This document shows, piece after piece, positions 1 through 14,646 of a stretch of DNA of 64,000 bases. Under the pieces are notes generated by a model. It was not told the DNA's origin. It saw only the letters and a list, made by a program, of their open reading frames with translations, and did not search any database. The translations under genes and the position numbers were made by a program. How positions within the stretch are numbered: position 1 is the stretch's first letter; every line of letters begins with the position of its first letter. This DNA is from Eledone cirrhosa (Eukaryota). The stretch covers positions 212,474,001 through 212,538,000 of the forward strand of contig OZ024742.1 in NCBI GenBank assembly GCA_964016885.1, in the 5' to 3' direction.

Positions 1-880
1 AACAAAAAAACTTCTATTCTCTTCTTCAACAGGAAAGTAAATGAGATTAAAAAAAACAACAAATCATTGGTACAACAAATACCAAATGTCTATTTAAAAA
101 CAAAACAAAAAAAACAACAACATTTAAAATCAAACAGCTATAAAATTAAAAGAAATGTGTTATTGAATTATTTTTGAATATGTTACATTTTAAAAAATAC
201 AACAATAACTTGAAGAAAAGACTGAATAATAAAACAGTTAGAATCTCAAATTGTATGAGACAAAATTTTATCATTTCAGCACAGATGATGTACAGCTGAA
301 TTGATAACAAATATAATAAAGAAATGAAACTTGCAGAAAAGAAATGAAAACAACTAAGATGTTTGGATTCTCAAATAAACCTATAAGAGGAAAAAAAAAA
401 AAAGGGGGGCGCAAATTTTCCAATGTGTGCCTCAAAACAGCCGCTTCTTAACATTGATTAGCATTCAACATTGAGGTCATACAAATGAGAATTAAAATAG
501 TAATGATACCAATATAGAAAATAAAATAGAATAAAATATTATAATAATCTGCCTACATGTAGTAAATCTACTGGGCACTGTTAGATGTTTTAACAGCCAT
601 ATGTGCTAGAGATAGCTGACAAAAGATGGCTAGCCTCGAAAAAAACATTCAATAGAGGACACAGGCAAATATTTCAATCGGATAAGAGGAAGAAAAGAAT
701 TATATATATACATATATATATAAATATATATATTCAGGCATATACATACATTTTAGACAACAGGCATTACGCAAAAATAGAAAACTGACATGGGATAAAA
801 AAAAAAAAGAGCACAGGAGTTGAACGAGCGAGGCATACAAAATTGGGAACAAATTGGTCACATAAGCCAAATAGACTTAC

Positions 881-892
881 CAGTGTTGAACC
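881..892 (-). CDS. Candidate 12-nt microexon (G-F-N-T)
   Basis: ttttactggtcAG|ggttcaacactg|GTaagt. Consensus donor, upstream TGCATG and ctcac, frame-preserving in phase 1. Confidence 0.3.
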
Positions 893-2797
893 CTGACCAG
901 TAAAATTGTGAGTGGGCATGCAAAAAGGGTTGCAAGGTGATCCAGATGAAAGAGAAAAATATGGTGCATTAAGGAAATGCATTTGCAAGTAAAGTGCCAA
1001 AAGCAGGGAGAGAGTGATTACTGACAGGTCAATAACATTTTAGATTTGAGGGGGATAAGGAAGTGAAAGGAATAGGGATTTTGTGTTGGGGTTAGTAGAA
1101 TGGGATAAGGGAAACTAACACACTGTTCACTGACTAGGAGAAAAAAAAGAAAAAAATACAGGTGATAGGTATATTTGGTAAAGGTGTTTTAAAACTACTT
1201 TTGACAAATTTTGAGCAGCAAAGAATCCATCAGCTTATGTAAAAATGGAGCTATTTACATCACAATCAAATCCATGTAAGGTTCATTCTGCTTAAGAATG
1301 GAAAGTGTTAAATTATTAATTAAGAATTATTTCTATTCTCATTAGCATTTTGTAGCGGCCAGCAGGAGGTATAATCTCTTGGTCAATTAAAACCACCTTT
1401 TTGTATAGGAAGTAGTGAGGCTAACTATTTTTGATCCAGTAGTCTAGTAATAATACCCAGCAACAACTGAATCATTTTGTCTTTTAACTTCTGTATAATT
1501 CATGTACATTAATGATAGTCCCATGGCATTCGTTAAACTTTATTGAAAATCAAGAAAGTATTTCAATAATATACAGTAAATGAAGGGCGTCTATTTCTGG
1601 TATAATCTTCCTGCAACCTGATAAACACACAAGTGTTTGCTGTTAAAAACTTGACATTATTCAGAAAATTGTTATCAGGGAGATTTTTATTATTATTATT
1701 ATTATTATAGATATAAATCAAGTGAGAGAGAGAGAGAGTTTGTGTGTGTGTGAGAAGAATTTAAAAGTTGAAAATAATACTAAGAAACTAGGTGCATTCC
1801 AAAGCTTTTGAATACACCAATTAAGCTATGTTTATATACAAACCATTAAACAAATTTTAGACGAAAAATAAGAGGAAATTGTCAAAATCTAAAGGCCCAC
1901 TACTTCCTTTTCATTTTAAGGAAAAGAATATAAAGAAACTTTGCATATAATTTAGCTATAGAGCTATGTTTTAAAGGGACAGTTTTGTAGAATTAATAGG
2001 AAAAAGGCATTTTAATATATCATTTGGAGAGGGTTTGAGCCAACACCAAAATGAAAGGGTTTAAATACTGGGGGAGAAAGAGAGGAGGAAGTAGAGGGAA
2101 ATGAAAGTGTTTGATGGAAAGGGAGAAAGAGAGAAATTAGTGTGAGTGGGAGAGAAAGGTAGGGGGAGGGATGGAGAGAGAGTAATGGAGAAAGATACAG
2201 AGAGAATCATTAGAAAAATGTATTTCATACTGTTTTATTGAATTTACACTCTCCAAGTCTTCACAGGGAATATGAAAAACTTATTCTAATATTATCTGCA
2301 AACCCATCATTAGAAACCCAATGATGGTAGTTTAACGATGGTATTTAATCCCCCTTTAGAAAATATAGATTACATTATAAATATATATATATATTGTAGC
2401 TTAAAACAATACCATTTTCAAATATATTCCTAGCAAGAGGAATATATTTTAAAATACTGTGCCTAATAAAATTACTTTAAAAAAAGTCTAATATGATGTC
2501 CAACAGCAAAGACAATCAGTACTAAATAACTAAACTGGGTGGTGTTTCAAGTCCAGAATAAATTTATTAAGATTTATGAAATTAAAAATAAAATCATTAC
2601 AGTCAATTTAATGAAATATGCTTAGAAAACAACTAATTGGCACAGCTAATGACACTAATCTAACTGAAAGAAAATCTATTTCTAAAACACTGCATGATAG
2701 GTTAGGGATTCAGGTGTTGGGTTCAAGAGAAAGCAAATGCTTTCAGAAGATTTTTTAGGTTTTTCAGGATTTCCCATTATATTATATTATATTATAT

Positions 2798-2840
<43 letters not shown>

Positions 2841-4640
2841 TGAATCAAATGAAATTATAGAAATATCTCACATAAATGAATATCAGATTCAAATTATCTT
2901 AGCCAACAAATATTGCATTGATGAAAAAAATCCAGAATATATTTAGCTTTAGAGTGTCTGTATAGAAAAATTCACAGAAAAAGTTAATATTTAACAATTT
3001 TGAAAGAATAATGAGACTAACAAAGATAATCAATACGATACAATGATAAAATTCTTAATACTAGTTCTAAGCAGGTAAGAGGCCATATTTTCAGCTGTCT
3101 TCTTTGTAACATAAAGAAATTACATAATGATTTCTGATGGTACCTAAATATTTCATTACATGAATAGATTTCTCTGTTTACCTCTATAGGCTTCAACCAT
3201 GGCAATAAGTAAAACTTTAAAGGGACATTCTGCTACACTATCTTACAACTATAGCAAAGCTCACCTGATGAATTCATGTGAACTATCAAGAGTGAGTAAC
3301 TAACTAACACTAGCCAGCTGTTCCACAAATATCCATGATAATTAATATATGTTTTCAAGGACATTTTGTTATGCTATTTTACACTAGTTGCAAAACATTA
3401 CCATGTAACTAAGTAACTTACATCAATTGGCTGATCCATAAATCTCCATGGTAGTTAAGCATAAGAGGTTTTCTAAAATACATTAATTTTCCAAGACAGA
3501 TATGATGAAATAATTGAATTTTATTCCTAGGTAAAAGAAAAGGGATAACTGTCAGATTGGACCAAGGAAACAATGTTACCATTGGTCTTTCCATAGCTGA
3601 TACTGCCTACTGGTTGTAACTTGTGGCAAAAGAGGGTGGGATTTGAACTCAGAATGAGCATAAGGTACTACAAAACATCCCATTTGACTCTTTAACAATT
3701 CACCAACCCATGGTTCCCTTGGGCTGGTACTCTATTTATCAATTCTGAAAGGATGAGAGGTAAAGTAGACCTCAGTGGGATTTGAACAGATGGTGCAGTG
3801 AAACGGATCAAATACCAAGGGCTTTTATTCTAATGTTCTAGTGACTGCCAATATAAACATTGCTTTCAAACAATCAAAAAGGAATAGTTGGTAATTTTTT
3901 TTTATTTCCAGAAAACTCAGGTTAGCTCATTACTGGGAGAAAATGGGAGAAACTAAAACATCACAAATCTTTCATGATGGAATCCTTTATCAAAAACTGA
4001 GTTGCCACTGAAATGTGATAAAGGTAATGACTAAGGAAAATACACAATTGCTTCTCTTATACTTAATGCAGCATTCCATTCAATTATAAATAAAGTTTGA
4101 AAATTCAAAACGCCTTTATATTAAGAAGGTAAATATTTCTTTACAGTTACATACTGAAAAACTACATTTTCTATTATTTTCAGCACGTAAAAAAATCAAC
4201 AAACAAAAAAAGCTGTTTCTTTGTATAACTAATTCCATCTAACAAGGCTTGTTTAATTACGAAATGAGGTCCTCAACACATTGATATCCGCTTAACCATA
4301 TCATACAATGAAGTAAAATATGGAGTTATAAAACATATTCTATTGTTTCGTATGTCCAGAAGCAAGTAATGAAAAGGCAAAATTTTATTCAAATGTCTCA
4401 AAATGTATTAAAGAATACTTTCTTAAAGGCAACTTGAAAACCAATATGATCATATATCTTGGTTGTTTTGAAGAAAATATTTTGGTGAAGAAAATTGCTT
4501 AAGCTGCCCTGAGAGAGCTCACCACATGAAAATTGCTCAGTTTTTAAGTGAGACATTGGAATAAAAAGGCCGGCCAATGCTATTCTAATCAGAACTAAAT
4601 TGTATCTGATAGGAAACAGAAATACCAATAGCTTAGGTAC

Positions 4641-4730
4641 CTGTGATATGGTCTTCACTAATCCCTGAGATTTGACGTTGTTGTTGTTGATGTTGTTGAT
4701 GTTGTTGTTGAAGTTGTTCTGTCTTCTTTG
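4641..4730 (-). CDS. Candidate cassette exon of calcineurin A encoding a Gln-rich linker insert
   Basis: gttgtAG|ca-KKTEQLQQQHQQHQQQQRQISGISEDHIT-g|GTacct. 90 nt, open in the phase required after exon 22754-22831. No homology support. Confidence 0.5.
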
Positions 4731-7700
4731 CTACAACAACATGTGTCAAATAATTCAATACAGAACTTTTTTCAAAAAATTAAAAGAAAAAAGATAAAAG
4801 GCAAATCCATATTTCTATTAAAATTTTCTTCAAGAAGAAAAGTTGCAGCATGTGACATAAGGCTGCTTTGGCTTTTGCATCGAAATAGACTTTCATAATC
4901 ACTAAAGTAAAGCTTACAACATATGCTGTAAAGTGCAATAGTGCACACAAACATCCAGGTTCAACTTTAAATTAATAAACAGAAAAATTCAACCAAAAAG
5001 AGAAACTAGTAAAAGTTTTTCTCTTTTGAATAGCATATTAAATTGCAAATATATTCAACATGGAATAAATTATAAATACCATAGAGAAAGTACAAGCTCC
5101 AAGTTAACTATGACCATTGTTCCCCACCATCTAGAGCCATTAATTCACATACATATCATTAATGCTTTTATTAAAACGATGATCAACTAAATTTTAATTG
5201 CCTTGAAGTTAATAAGGTTAATGATCTCTAATTGGTGGACACAGCAGATTATGAATAATTAAATAGAATACAGACATGTAATATTTGATTATTTATTGTA
5301 GTGCGTGTGTGAGAAATAAAATTTATTATAATTAAAATCTAGATAAAAAGCATTAGTTAATTGGCAAAGCTCTATCTCCTATTCTTCCTCAGTAATAATG
5401 TTTAGATTTTTGTTTATTGTATGTTTTACTTTCCTTTGGTATAATTAAAATTACTTCTCCCATTCCTTCTATATTTGTGGTTCTAGTTCAATTAAAAGAT
5501 TAAAACTATTCTCTTTACCAACATTTCCATCTCAATTATGTCTTTCTCACAACTTCCTTACACTGCAAAGTCTACTTTTGCTAGTTCTAAACCTTTTTGA
5601 TTCTATCATAAATTAATATACAAATCTTCGAGATTTGTATATTCATGTAGACCTATTTCCAGTGAGAGTTTAATGGACAGAACATCTCTCCCCCTCCCAA
5701 ATATTTTGAATAAAAAAGAAATAATAAAGTGAGTGAGAATAAATTAATTCCCATCAAATACACCTGGGGATAGATATCCCAATATTTACACTAATTATAC
5801 ATGGCTAACATAACTATCATCAACACCATCAGTGTTTCATACTTACATGGGTTAGATTAATAGTATATTCCTAAAATCAATGATGTTAGACATTGTGATT
5901 TATATGATTATCATGAACAAAATTAAATTTTTGAATGAATAACCTTGATCTGAAGCTATTCACAAACTATATGAAGAGAAGTAGTTTCTCATTGGATAAC
6001 TGGATAGATTACAGAACTTTTGTTGTAAGCTTTATTTAAAGGTAATTATGAAATTAGTTCCTTGTAATATGTTATTCAAGTCTTCAACATAATTTAGAAA
6101 TATTTATGTAAAATTATCTTAAGTTATTTTCCTAAATGTCCGTTTTGTGATCCATCTTCAATATTCAATCCTCTAACAAGCTACACTTATTTATAATAAT
6201 TGGATTCAAAATATTGCCACTATGTTTTATTAATAACACACATTTCAACAATTATAAAGCATTCAATACAAATAAGGTAATAATGTTAAGTATGTCTAGA
6301 GTAAAGTTAATATAGTGATAGCTGTGTACTAGCATGGTCATAGCTCACTAGCTAGAACCAGTAAAAGAATATAATCATACAACAAATAGATGTTTGCTCT
6401 AAATGTTTCAATCCCTTTATATAACCTGTAAAATTTAACATTATGAAATCTATAGAATTAAGACACTCCCTCCTGTTACTAAACCATAAAAAAGGGATAT
6501 CAATAGAAATTTGACTTTTACTTTAAAAATATATTGATGCTGAGAATGTTTGAAAACAGATGAAAACAAAATAGTTCAAGACATAAATAGACATCTTAAC
6601 AGAGTTTACTTAATAATAGCCCATAGATACAACAAATATCACTTGATAAACAGATATATCAGGTAAAAAAAAAGAAACCAATAATTCATTCATATTTTCT
6701 TTAAAGAGAAATCTGACTGGGTTTCATATTAAAAAATTATTTCACTTCTGATGTTAATAGCTTTTGAAAAGTCATGAAGCACACATGATCTAGTGACTGG
6801 TTAAAATATACCAATATTTCTATAAAAGAAAAGTGAGATAGAAGTGGTGGATATATGTGATAGTGTGTACATGTTCATCACCATATATTTATCAATGCTT
6901 AACATATTAGGCATCAGGTAGATAGTTACCAACAGACACTGAGAATAAGTAGTGTGGCACAATAGACAAAAGGATCTTGAAACCAGAGGCACAATAAAGC
7001 AAAAGATAATGAAATCAAATTCTACCAGAAGAACTGTCTGTGCTTTTAGTGGAGTCAGTCTTGTAAAAAGGCCAGAAGAGAAATGTATGCCCTACAGGCT
7101 GGTAAAAGGACCAGTTGTGAAATATAGGCTGTATTTCAAACTACTCATTAAGTATTTTAGTAAGCAGTGCTAAATACATGATTTATGTATAGGTTACATG
7201 TATATGCAGTGTACATGATGTACTTGCAAGTAGCAGAATAGAAACTAACTAGAACTTGAGGGGAGTAGGCTTCCTCAAAATCCTAAGTCCATGGCAACTG
7301 GCCATGCTCTCCCCACTCTCTTTTGACCTGGGTGAAGCAGCTTACTTGCTATTATCAAACACACTGAAAATAACAGACAATCCTTTTAAGAGATGAATGT
7401 TAGGCATTAGGAAGGTTACTTAAAGAATCCATGCAAATATTTATATTTCAGAATTATCCAATCCATAAATGCACAAAACAGCTAGTGTATGTGTGCAAAC
7501 ACACGCATATATGCACAAAGCACTTTGTCATGGTTATGGAGCATAGTTGTTTGCCTCTGGTCACTCTCCTTTATAGTTGGGTATTCAGTATTAAGAAGGA
7601 TATCCAGCTGTAAAAACCTTTGCTTAGAAAACATTCCTATATAAAGCAATAAGTAAGAAACTAGTGCAAGATATGTACTTTTATGAGAAAGTGAACCAAG

Positions 7701-9654
7701 TAAGGGAGGGAATAATGTGAAGATGGCGCAAATACGGACTAAATTGAGGTTATCTAATATTTAAGAAGTAAAAAATGCAGAGAAGTATCTGAAAATTAGA
7801 TAGTTTAGAAAATTTAACGAGAGCATGCTCTTATATATCACATTTGAATTGGCAATCAAATGAAAGGCCAAAATTAGATACAATAAAACTTTTAAGAAAT
7901 ACGTACAATTTAGTAAATTTATCTTAACCACATATTACAAAAGGTTGATTATAATGAGACCAAAAAAAAAAAAACACAAAACATTAAAAAGGAAAAGGAA
8001 GACAACAGATATTATCATTATTATCATAATAGAAAAATTTACGAATTTGATAAAGTGTAGACAGAGAAGAAACTAGTAGGAACAAGATATTAAAAATTGC
8101 AGAAGATAGAAAAAAGCCATTCATTGAAAAAAAAAAAACAAAAAAAAAAAAATGTTAAACTTTAGTGCTGGGGTTTATACATTTAGGAGAAATTTATTGG
8201 AAAAAAAATATAGAAATAAATTTATATTGGTATAGAATATGATTTAAAAAACAAAACAATAACATTGGTATGAATTAGACTTTTTAAAGCAAATATTGCT
8301 CAATAAATAAATAAAAAAAGAAAGAAAATAGCTTCAAAGAAATTATCTTTCTTGATAAAGATGGCATTTGCATAGGTTAGCAAAACCTTTTCGTTTAATT
8401 CTTTTTTTAAGATTTAACTATGTCTTTTTTTTTGTATTAAAAAAATATATTCCTTTATTGTTGTTCTTATATTCTTTTGAGAACCAACATATTTTTATTT
8501 CAATGTCTAATAAAAACATTTTTTAACATTTGTAGAATTCTTCAGTTTGTGTGCGTTGTAAGTTATTTTGGTCAGAAGTACAGCTAACATTAACAAAAGA
8601 GTTATTTATATTTAATGGAGTTAATACTTCCTAGTTATGCATCCTAAAAACGAATTTGTATTGATATTGTGATAATGTTTCAGAATACTACATCTAAACA
8701 CATTTTTATGTAAAATATTTGACTCATCTGATCTATGGGCTACTTATCTTGAAAAATGAAATTTACAGCTCACACCTATGCAGGTTTAGCTGGCCTCCTA
8801 CAAGGTTGTATCTCATGGGAATTTTCCTGGGTGTTTTAATGACAGGGGCCCAAGTCCTTTTATGAAAAGCAATGTTAAATGAAGCATCTTGTTCAAGAAC
8901 ACAACATATTGCCCAGTCAAGAAATCAAACTCACAACCTAATGATCATGAGTTCAATTCCCTAATTACTAGGCGATATGTCTTTACACTTATTCTTCTAA
9001 ATGCATGAGGTAATTAGAAGTCCCTCACAGGATCAAATCAGCCATCATTGTAATAAATGTACAGCTTTCTCCCCTTAAATCACATCCCTTTAAAAAATAT
9101 GACTGTGGCTTACTGTATGTTCATAACCAAATTTAGAAGATCAACCCCAGGTAGAAGTAGGACATATATCCAGAGATCAGACTGATTGAAATATAGTGCA
9201 TAAAAACATGGGAGATAGATGTACAGAATTCAAAAAGATTTGACAAAACATCAACACTAAAAAATAGATTTAGACAAACTAGAATAAATTTAGACATAAA
9301 GTTTATAAAAGAGCCATAGATGGTGTCAAAAGAAACAGAAGTGAAGCAAATGAAAAGTAGGCAAGGAATGCACTATCAATACTTAAAACTGTACTGTACA
9401 GAAATGAATTTATAATCAGATAAAAAGGATGGGGTTGAAGACAGAAACTTTATCATTAAGAAGCATAGCTGATGTTCATCTAACAGTGGCCCAGTGGATT
9501 TAAACGACAATATAAAGCACCTGCAGCAATAGTAGCTCTAAAACATTCATCTACTCCACAATCATAGCTAGGTTCAGAATAAAAATCTACATTTCAAAAT
9601 ATAGAAAAATAAATATAAATATGTTAATTGAAAAAAATAATTATATAACATCAT

Positions 9655-9913
9655 GAATATATATATATGCATATATATGTATATATATATATGTGCATGC
9701 ATATATGTGCATATATATGCATATATGTGTATATATATGCATATATGTGTATATATATGCATATATGTATATATATATGCATATATATGTATATATATGC
9801 ATATATATATATGTATATATATGCATATATATGTATATATATGCATATATATATATATATGCATATATGTATATATATGCATATATGTATATATATGCAT
9901 ATATGTATATATA
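9655..9913. repeat. Complex (TA)n microsatellite with TGCA/TGTA variants
   Basis: Directly visible. Confidence 0.95.
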
Positions 9914-10106
9914 TAACAAAGGAACTGTGGTAAGGAACCAGATGGACCATAACGCACCAGAGTACTCAATACTTAGGGTAGTAGAGTGAGAAATAAGAAA
10001 ATATATGACCCCAACGGCAGAGCTCAAGCCGTTTCGACGGCTATTTCTGGACTCAGAAATAGCCGTCGAAACGGCTTGAGCTCTGCTGTCGGGGTCATAC
10101 ATTTTC
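9913..10106. mobile_element. Short fold-back element H3 (110-bp palindrome at 9997-10106)
   Basis: Centred on gacggctatttctg-gact-cagaaatagccgtc followed by GAAAC. A second, non-folded copy lies at 45074-45226. Both abut TA tracts. Confidence 0.7.
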
Positions 10107-10600
10107 CTATATATATATGCATATATATATGTTTATGTGTGTGTGTGTGTGTGTAATAAAATAATAATGCTTGCCATGCCTTATTGGTATGACTACTGGC
10201 AGATAATAGTAAAACTTCAAAGCAAATAGTAATAACATGATGCAGTGTGATAAAAGAGCTGTAACAAAACTTGGAAGATGTCTTCCTAGTAATAGTTAGA
10301 TTAATTTATAGACCAATTTCCTATACAACACTTGGATCTAAATGTAATTTTTCAAAAGAAAATATAGAATGGTGTATATATATATATATATACGAACAGG
10401 TGAATATTTAAATCCTTTTTTAATTTATTTAAAAGATTGTTTGATGATTACTTGTTCTGCTCATTTTCATTTATATATATATATATATATATATATACAT
10501 GTTGTAATTTCTTTGAATTATAATATTACATTTGAAGGAAATAAAAAGAAATGACAAAAAAATAAAATGAAATAAAATTGTGAACATATATACACACACT

Positions 10601-10658
<58 letters not shown>

Positions 10659-12817
10659 TATATACATAACCTTTGCATTTGTAAGGCTGATAGGATCATG
10701 GAACTACATTGGTAAAATCTCCTCTCAGTCTGTGTTGGCAGAGCACAATAAAGTGAGCAAAGTGACTCTAGTGTCAAATCGAGGGTGCAGACCTGAGTAA
10801 AGCAGATGGCCAACCGACTTAGTCTCCCTCTTCTTGTCTTCAATGTAGTTCAAGGGAATGGAAAGGGTTGATACAGTTCAGTACTTTTATGTTAGAAAAG
10901 TTGTTTCAAACACTAACTCTGTCAATTTGTGTGTATATATAAATGTGTGTGTACACACACATTTATTCTACATGCACCATAAATGAAACTTAAGGGTCAG
11001 TCTGCCTCATTAATTATGTTATCACAAGAGTAACCAGATTGAAGTTGAAGACAATGTTGGACTGCTTTAGGGACTCCAGCTATAGATCCTTAACTTCAGA
11101 AGGATGACAAGTAAAGTTGATCATGGCAGCATTTAACCAAGATATAGTTCTCTGACCAGTCTAGTCTCCAACCCTGAGGACCCATTCAACCCATGCCAAT
11201 ATGGAAAACAGAAATAAAATGATGATGAATGTAAATAGCCGAAAAAAAATGCACCTTTAATGGTAATGATAATAATAATGCCACAATAATTATATATATA
11301 TATATAACAAGTACAAACTCCGTGCTGATCAGCCAATGTCATACATTGAATTCTATACATATAACTTTTGCTGTTTTGTTTTCTTTTCATCTTAATACTC
11401 CAAGGACAGAATTTGACTATTTTGTCAAACACTGTGTCCCTCGATGGACCAGCAGTACCGTCAGTAAGGGGAAAAAGTGAGTACGTCCATTTCGATGGCT
11501 GATGACCATGGAGTTTCAACTTATTGCAAATATCACAATATCACCCGTGATACATGCTGCTCCCCTCTTCTTTTGTTAAATTGCCTATATATATGGTATC
11601 ATCATCACTATCTGGATTGGATGGGTTGTCACACCCTGAAATTATACAAGCCATGTGACTACATTCTGTTCAAATGTTCAATTGTGACATGGTTTCTAAA
11701 GCTGGATGCTCTTCCTAATGCCAAGCACTTTAAAGTGTGTACTGAGTGCATTTTATTGTGACACCAGCACAACCATTTTACTGAAGGCTTTGGGTGAATA
11801 TTATTCTCTGTTTTGTGTAATGGAGGGTATGTGCATACATTCTCTTTTCTTTTTGCTTCATTTTTATTGATTTGTTTCTTTTGTAAATGATATTCATTAT
11901 ATAAATTGTATTTTTCATGTCACAAAAATGCTTACAAAATGCAATAACTTAATTCTGCTTTTATACTAATAAAAATAATCTCAAGAAATTATAGAGTAGC
12001 AGTGTTATGCTAATCAGAGTACTTGATTTGTAAATTCAACTTTAAGATAATCATCAAATGCTTGTATTTTAAAAGTTAACTGTTATTTGATTCTATATTT
12101 GTTCCTAATATGAATATATCATTAATGCCCTCCCTGACAAACTAAAAACAGCTACAAATACTTATCCACATTTCTCATGCAAATGGATTTCTCATGTTTT
12201 GTGTTAAAGCAAATCTCAACATTATGAGAAACAGTATTACACCAAAAGGGAAAACAGCCAGTCAGAAAATCAGTTCCCTAGAATTAACCACGAAAGTTTT
12301 GAATTGCAAAGAGTGCTGCACTTTCTGCAAATGGCTTTTGTTCATAAGGAAGTCATCTTACTAGGTGCAAGTATTATCATATTTCCAGTAAAATGTTTGC
12401 TCTCGCTCTGATTGAATGACAAGATTCCAGACCTCTTTCACTTGCCAAGTGGGGTGGACCTCATCAAATCGGACAAAGGTAACAATCTTTCCATTGCAGA
12501 TACTATCTGCCAGGAGTTGTGACTGGCAGAACGAACAATGTGAAATAAAGTGTCTTGTTCAAGGACACAACGCATCAGCCGGTTCAACCTCATGATTGTG
12601 AATCAAACTCTTTAGCCACTAAGCCATGTGCCCGTTAGATTGTCATTAATCATTTACAAGTTGCAGTTTTGTAAAATGTTCTGCAACCAAAGAAAATAAT
12701 CATCCAGTTTTTTGTGTTTTTATCCATATCCAAGAATAATCAAATTATTAAATCATAATATTAGAATCTAAAAAAAAAAAATGTTTTCTCTTAAAAGATC
12801 TACAACTTGGTGAAGAC

Positions 12818-12859
<42 letters not shown>

Positions 12860-12861
<2 letters not shown>

Positions 12862-13110
12862 AAGGTGCATGGTTTAGTGGTTAGGCTTGCAATCATACCA
12901 GGTGATGCGTTGTTTCCTTGAGCAAGACACTTTATTTCACGTTGTTCCAGTTTACTCAGCTGAAAATGAGTACCAGCAATAGCTGGAGGTTTAACCCTGC
13001 GATGGACTGGCGTCCTGTCCAGGGGGGAGTCTTGTACTCTCAGTTGCTTCACACCATGAAATCGAAATAAGCACCGGCCAAATGAGCCTTCTGGCTTAAG
13101 ACAGACTTTA
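12860..13110 (+). mobile_element. tRNA-derived SINE with a V-domain-like core
   Basis: A-box TGGTTTAGTGG, CCTTGAGCAAGACACTT and CCTGCGATGGACTGGCGTCCTGTCCAGGG. Decayed relatives lie on the minus strand at about 8770-8985 and 12430-12632. Confidence 0.7.
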
Positions 13111-13235
13111 GATATATATATATATATAGAGAGAGAGAGAGGTAGAACACTGGAAGGTAATATCTGTAGTGGTAGAGCACTCAGTCCATGGGACGAGTTT
13201 GGGAGAAGTATTAACACAACAGTTAGTTCACTCTA

Positions 13236-13276
13236 CCGAGAACAATTGTTTCACCTTATGCGGATCTTCAGCTCGG
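13236..13276 (-). ncRNA. Minimal type I hammerhead ribozyme in the inverted Penelope terminus
   Basis: ccgag CTGAAGA tcc-gcataa-ggt GAAA caattg TT ctcgg. 5-bp stem I, palindromic helix III, weak stem II. Confidence 0.7.
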
Positions 13277-14606
13277 ACTGGTAATAGTTATACGGAACAG
13301 GAAAAACAACTGTATGAACGCGCATGCACAGAAACGGTCATTTCACCCAGCGATACAAAACCACGGGCGAAAGGTGTAAGGGGGATAACTGCGAATGTCC
13401 GGAATAAAATTAGAATGTTATTCAATCCGGAGCTTTGTAGTTATGCAAGAGGTGTTTTCAGACACGTGGACAACCTCTCTAGCGTAGATTTCTTAGACAT
13501 TAATTTAGACCTTCGCACACATACCTTCGGATCCTTCCATAAACTAAACGAAAAACTTAATTACATACACAAGGACTCATGCCACCCTCCTACTGTTTTT
13601 AGAAACTTCGTAAATAACATCAGTACTAGAATCTTTGACCTCTCCTCTAATAAGGCAATCTTTGACAGAGCGGCCCCCTACTATAATACGGTGTTAGCTA
13701 ACAGCGGCTTCTCGCAACCAATTACTTACTCCCCCACTAACGCAAACAGCAATAAGAAAAGAAATCGTAACAATAGACAAACTATCTGGTTCTCTCCCCC
13801 CCTTCTCACTCAACGTTAAAACTAATGTAGGAAACATTTTTTTAGCCCTCTTAGATAGACACTTTCCCATAGGTCACAAATACCGCTCCATCTTTAACAG
13901 ACACAGAGTAAAACTAGGGTACTCTTGCGCTAAGAATATGAAGGCCCACATCACCAACAGTCCTAAGAGCGGCATCCCACAAGGATGTTCTTGCCGAAAG
14001 CCTGAAGCTTGTCCCCTTCAACAGCAATGCAACACACCCGCTGCAGTTTATGAAGCTATAGTCACTTCCAACCGACCAAATCAACCACAGGAGGTCAAAT
14101 CCTATGTGGGTATGATGGAGGGCCGATTTATGGAATGCTTCCTGAAACATCAGTCGACCTTTAGGTACCCGGACAAATAAACTTCCACGAAGCTCGCGAG
14201 CCACGTATGGTCCCTCAAAGACTCAAGTATAGACTACTCCATTCAATAGAAAGCTATCACTAAATCCAAGCCATACGCAAGGGGTAATCCATCTTGTGGT
14301 CTGTGTATTGAAGAAAGGATAACTATTCTAAGGAGATTACACAATAATGATTGCTTAAATTCAAGAATTGAAATCTTCTCACGTTGTCCACATGTCTGGA
14401 AACACCTCTTGCATAACTACAAAGCTCCGGATTGAATAACAACAACATTCTAATTTTCTAATCAATTCAAACATTTTATTCCGGTTATTTGCAGTTATCT
14501 CCCTTACACCTTTCGCCCGTGGTTTTGTATCACTGGGTGAAATGAACGTTTCTGCGCATGCGCGTTCATACGGTTGTTTTTCCTGTTCCGTATAACCATT
14601 ACCAGT

Positions 14607-14646
14607 CCAAGCTGAAGATCCACATAAGGTGAAAAATTGTTCTCGG
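14607..14646 (+). ncRNA. Mutated copy of the same hammerhead in the 3' terminus of the Penelope element
   Basis: ccaag CTGAAGA tccacataaggt GAAA aattgtt ctcgg. One stem I mismatch and a 1-nt loss in helix III. Confidence 0.55.

Noticed and set aside
1575-1617. Minus-strand segment reading LQEDYTRNRRPSFT (PKA-like site) after an AG
   Set aside because: No acceptor/donor pair gives this frame in the phase-1 context, and the donor is weak.
11300-11520. Another possible hammerhead half (CAGCCATC GAAA..TA on the minus strand; CTGATGA on the plus strand)
   Set aside because: The core halves are on opposite strands and no complete fold could be drawn.
12860-12930. tRNA genes
   Set aside because: The A/B-box-like motifs belong to SINE heads, and no complete cloverleaf was seen.
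13938-14435. Selenocysteine recoding in the Naiad-like ORF
   Set aside because: The internal stops are TAA and TAG rather than TGA at cysteine positions, so they look like decay.
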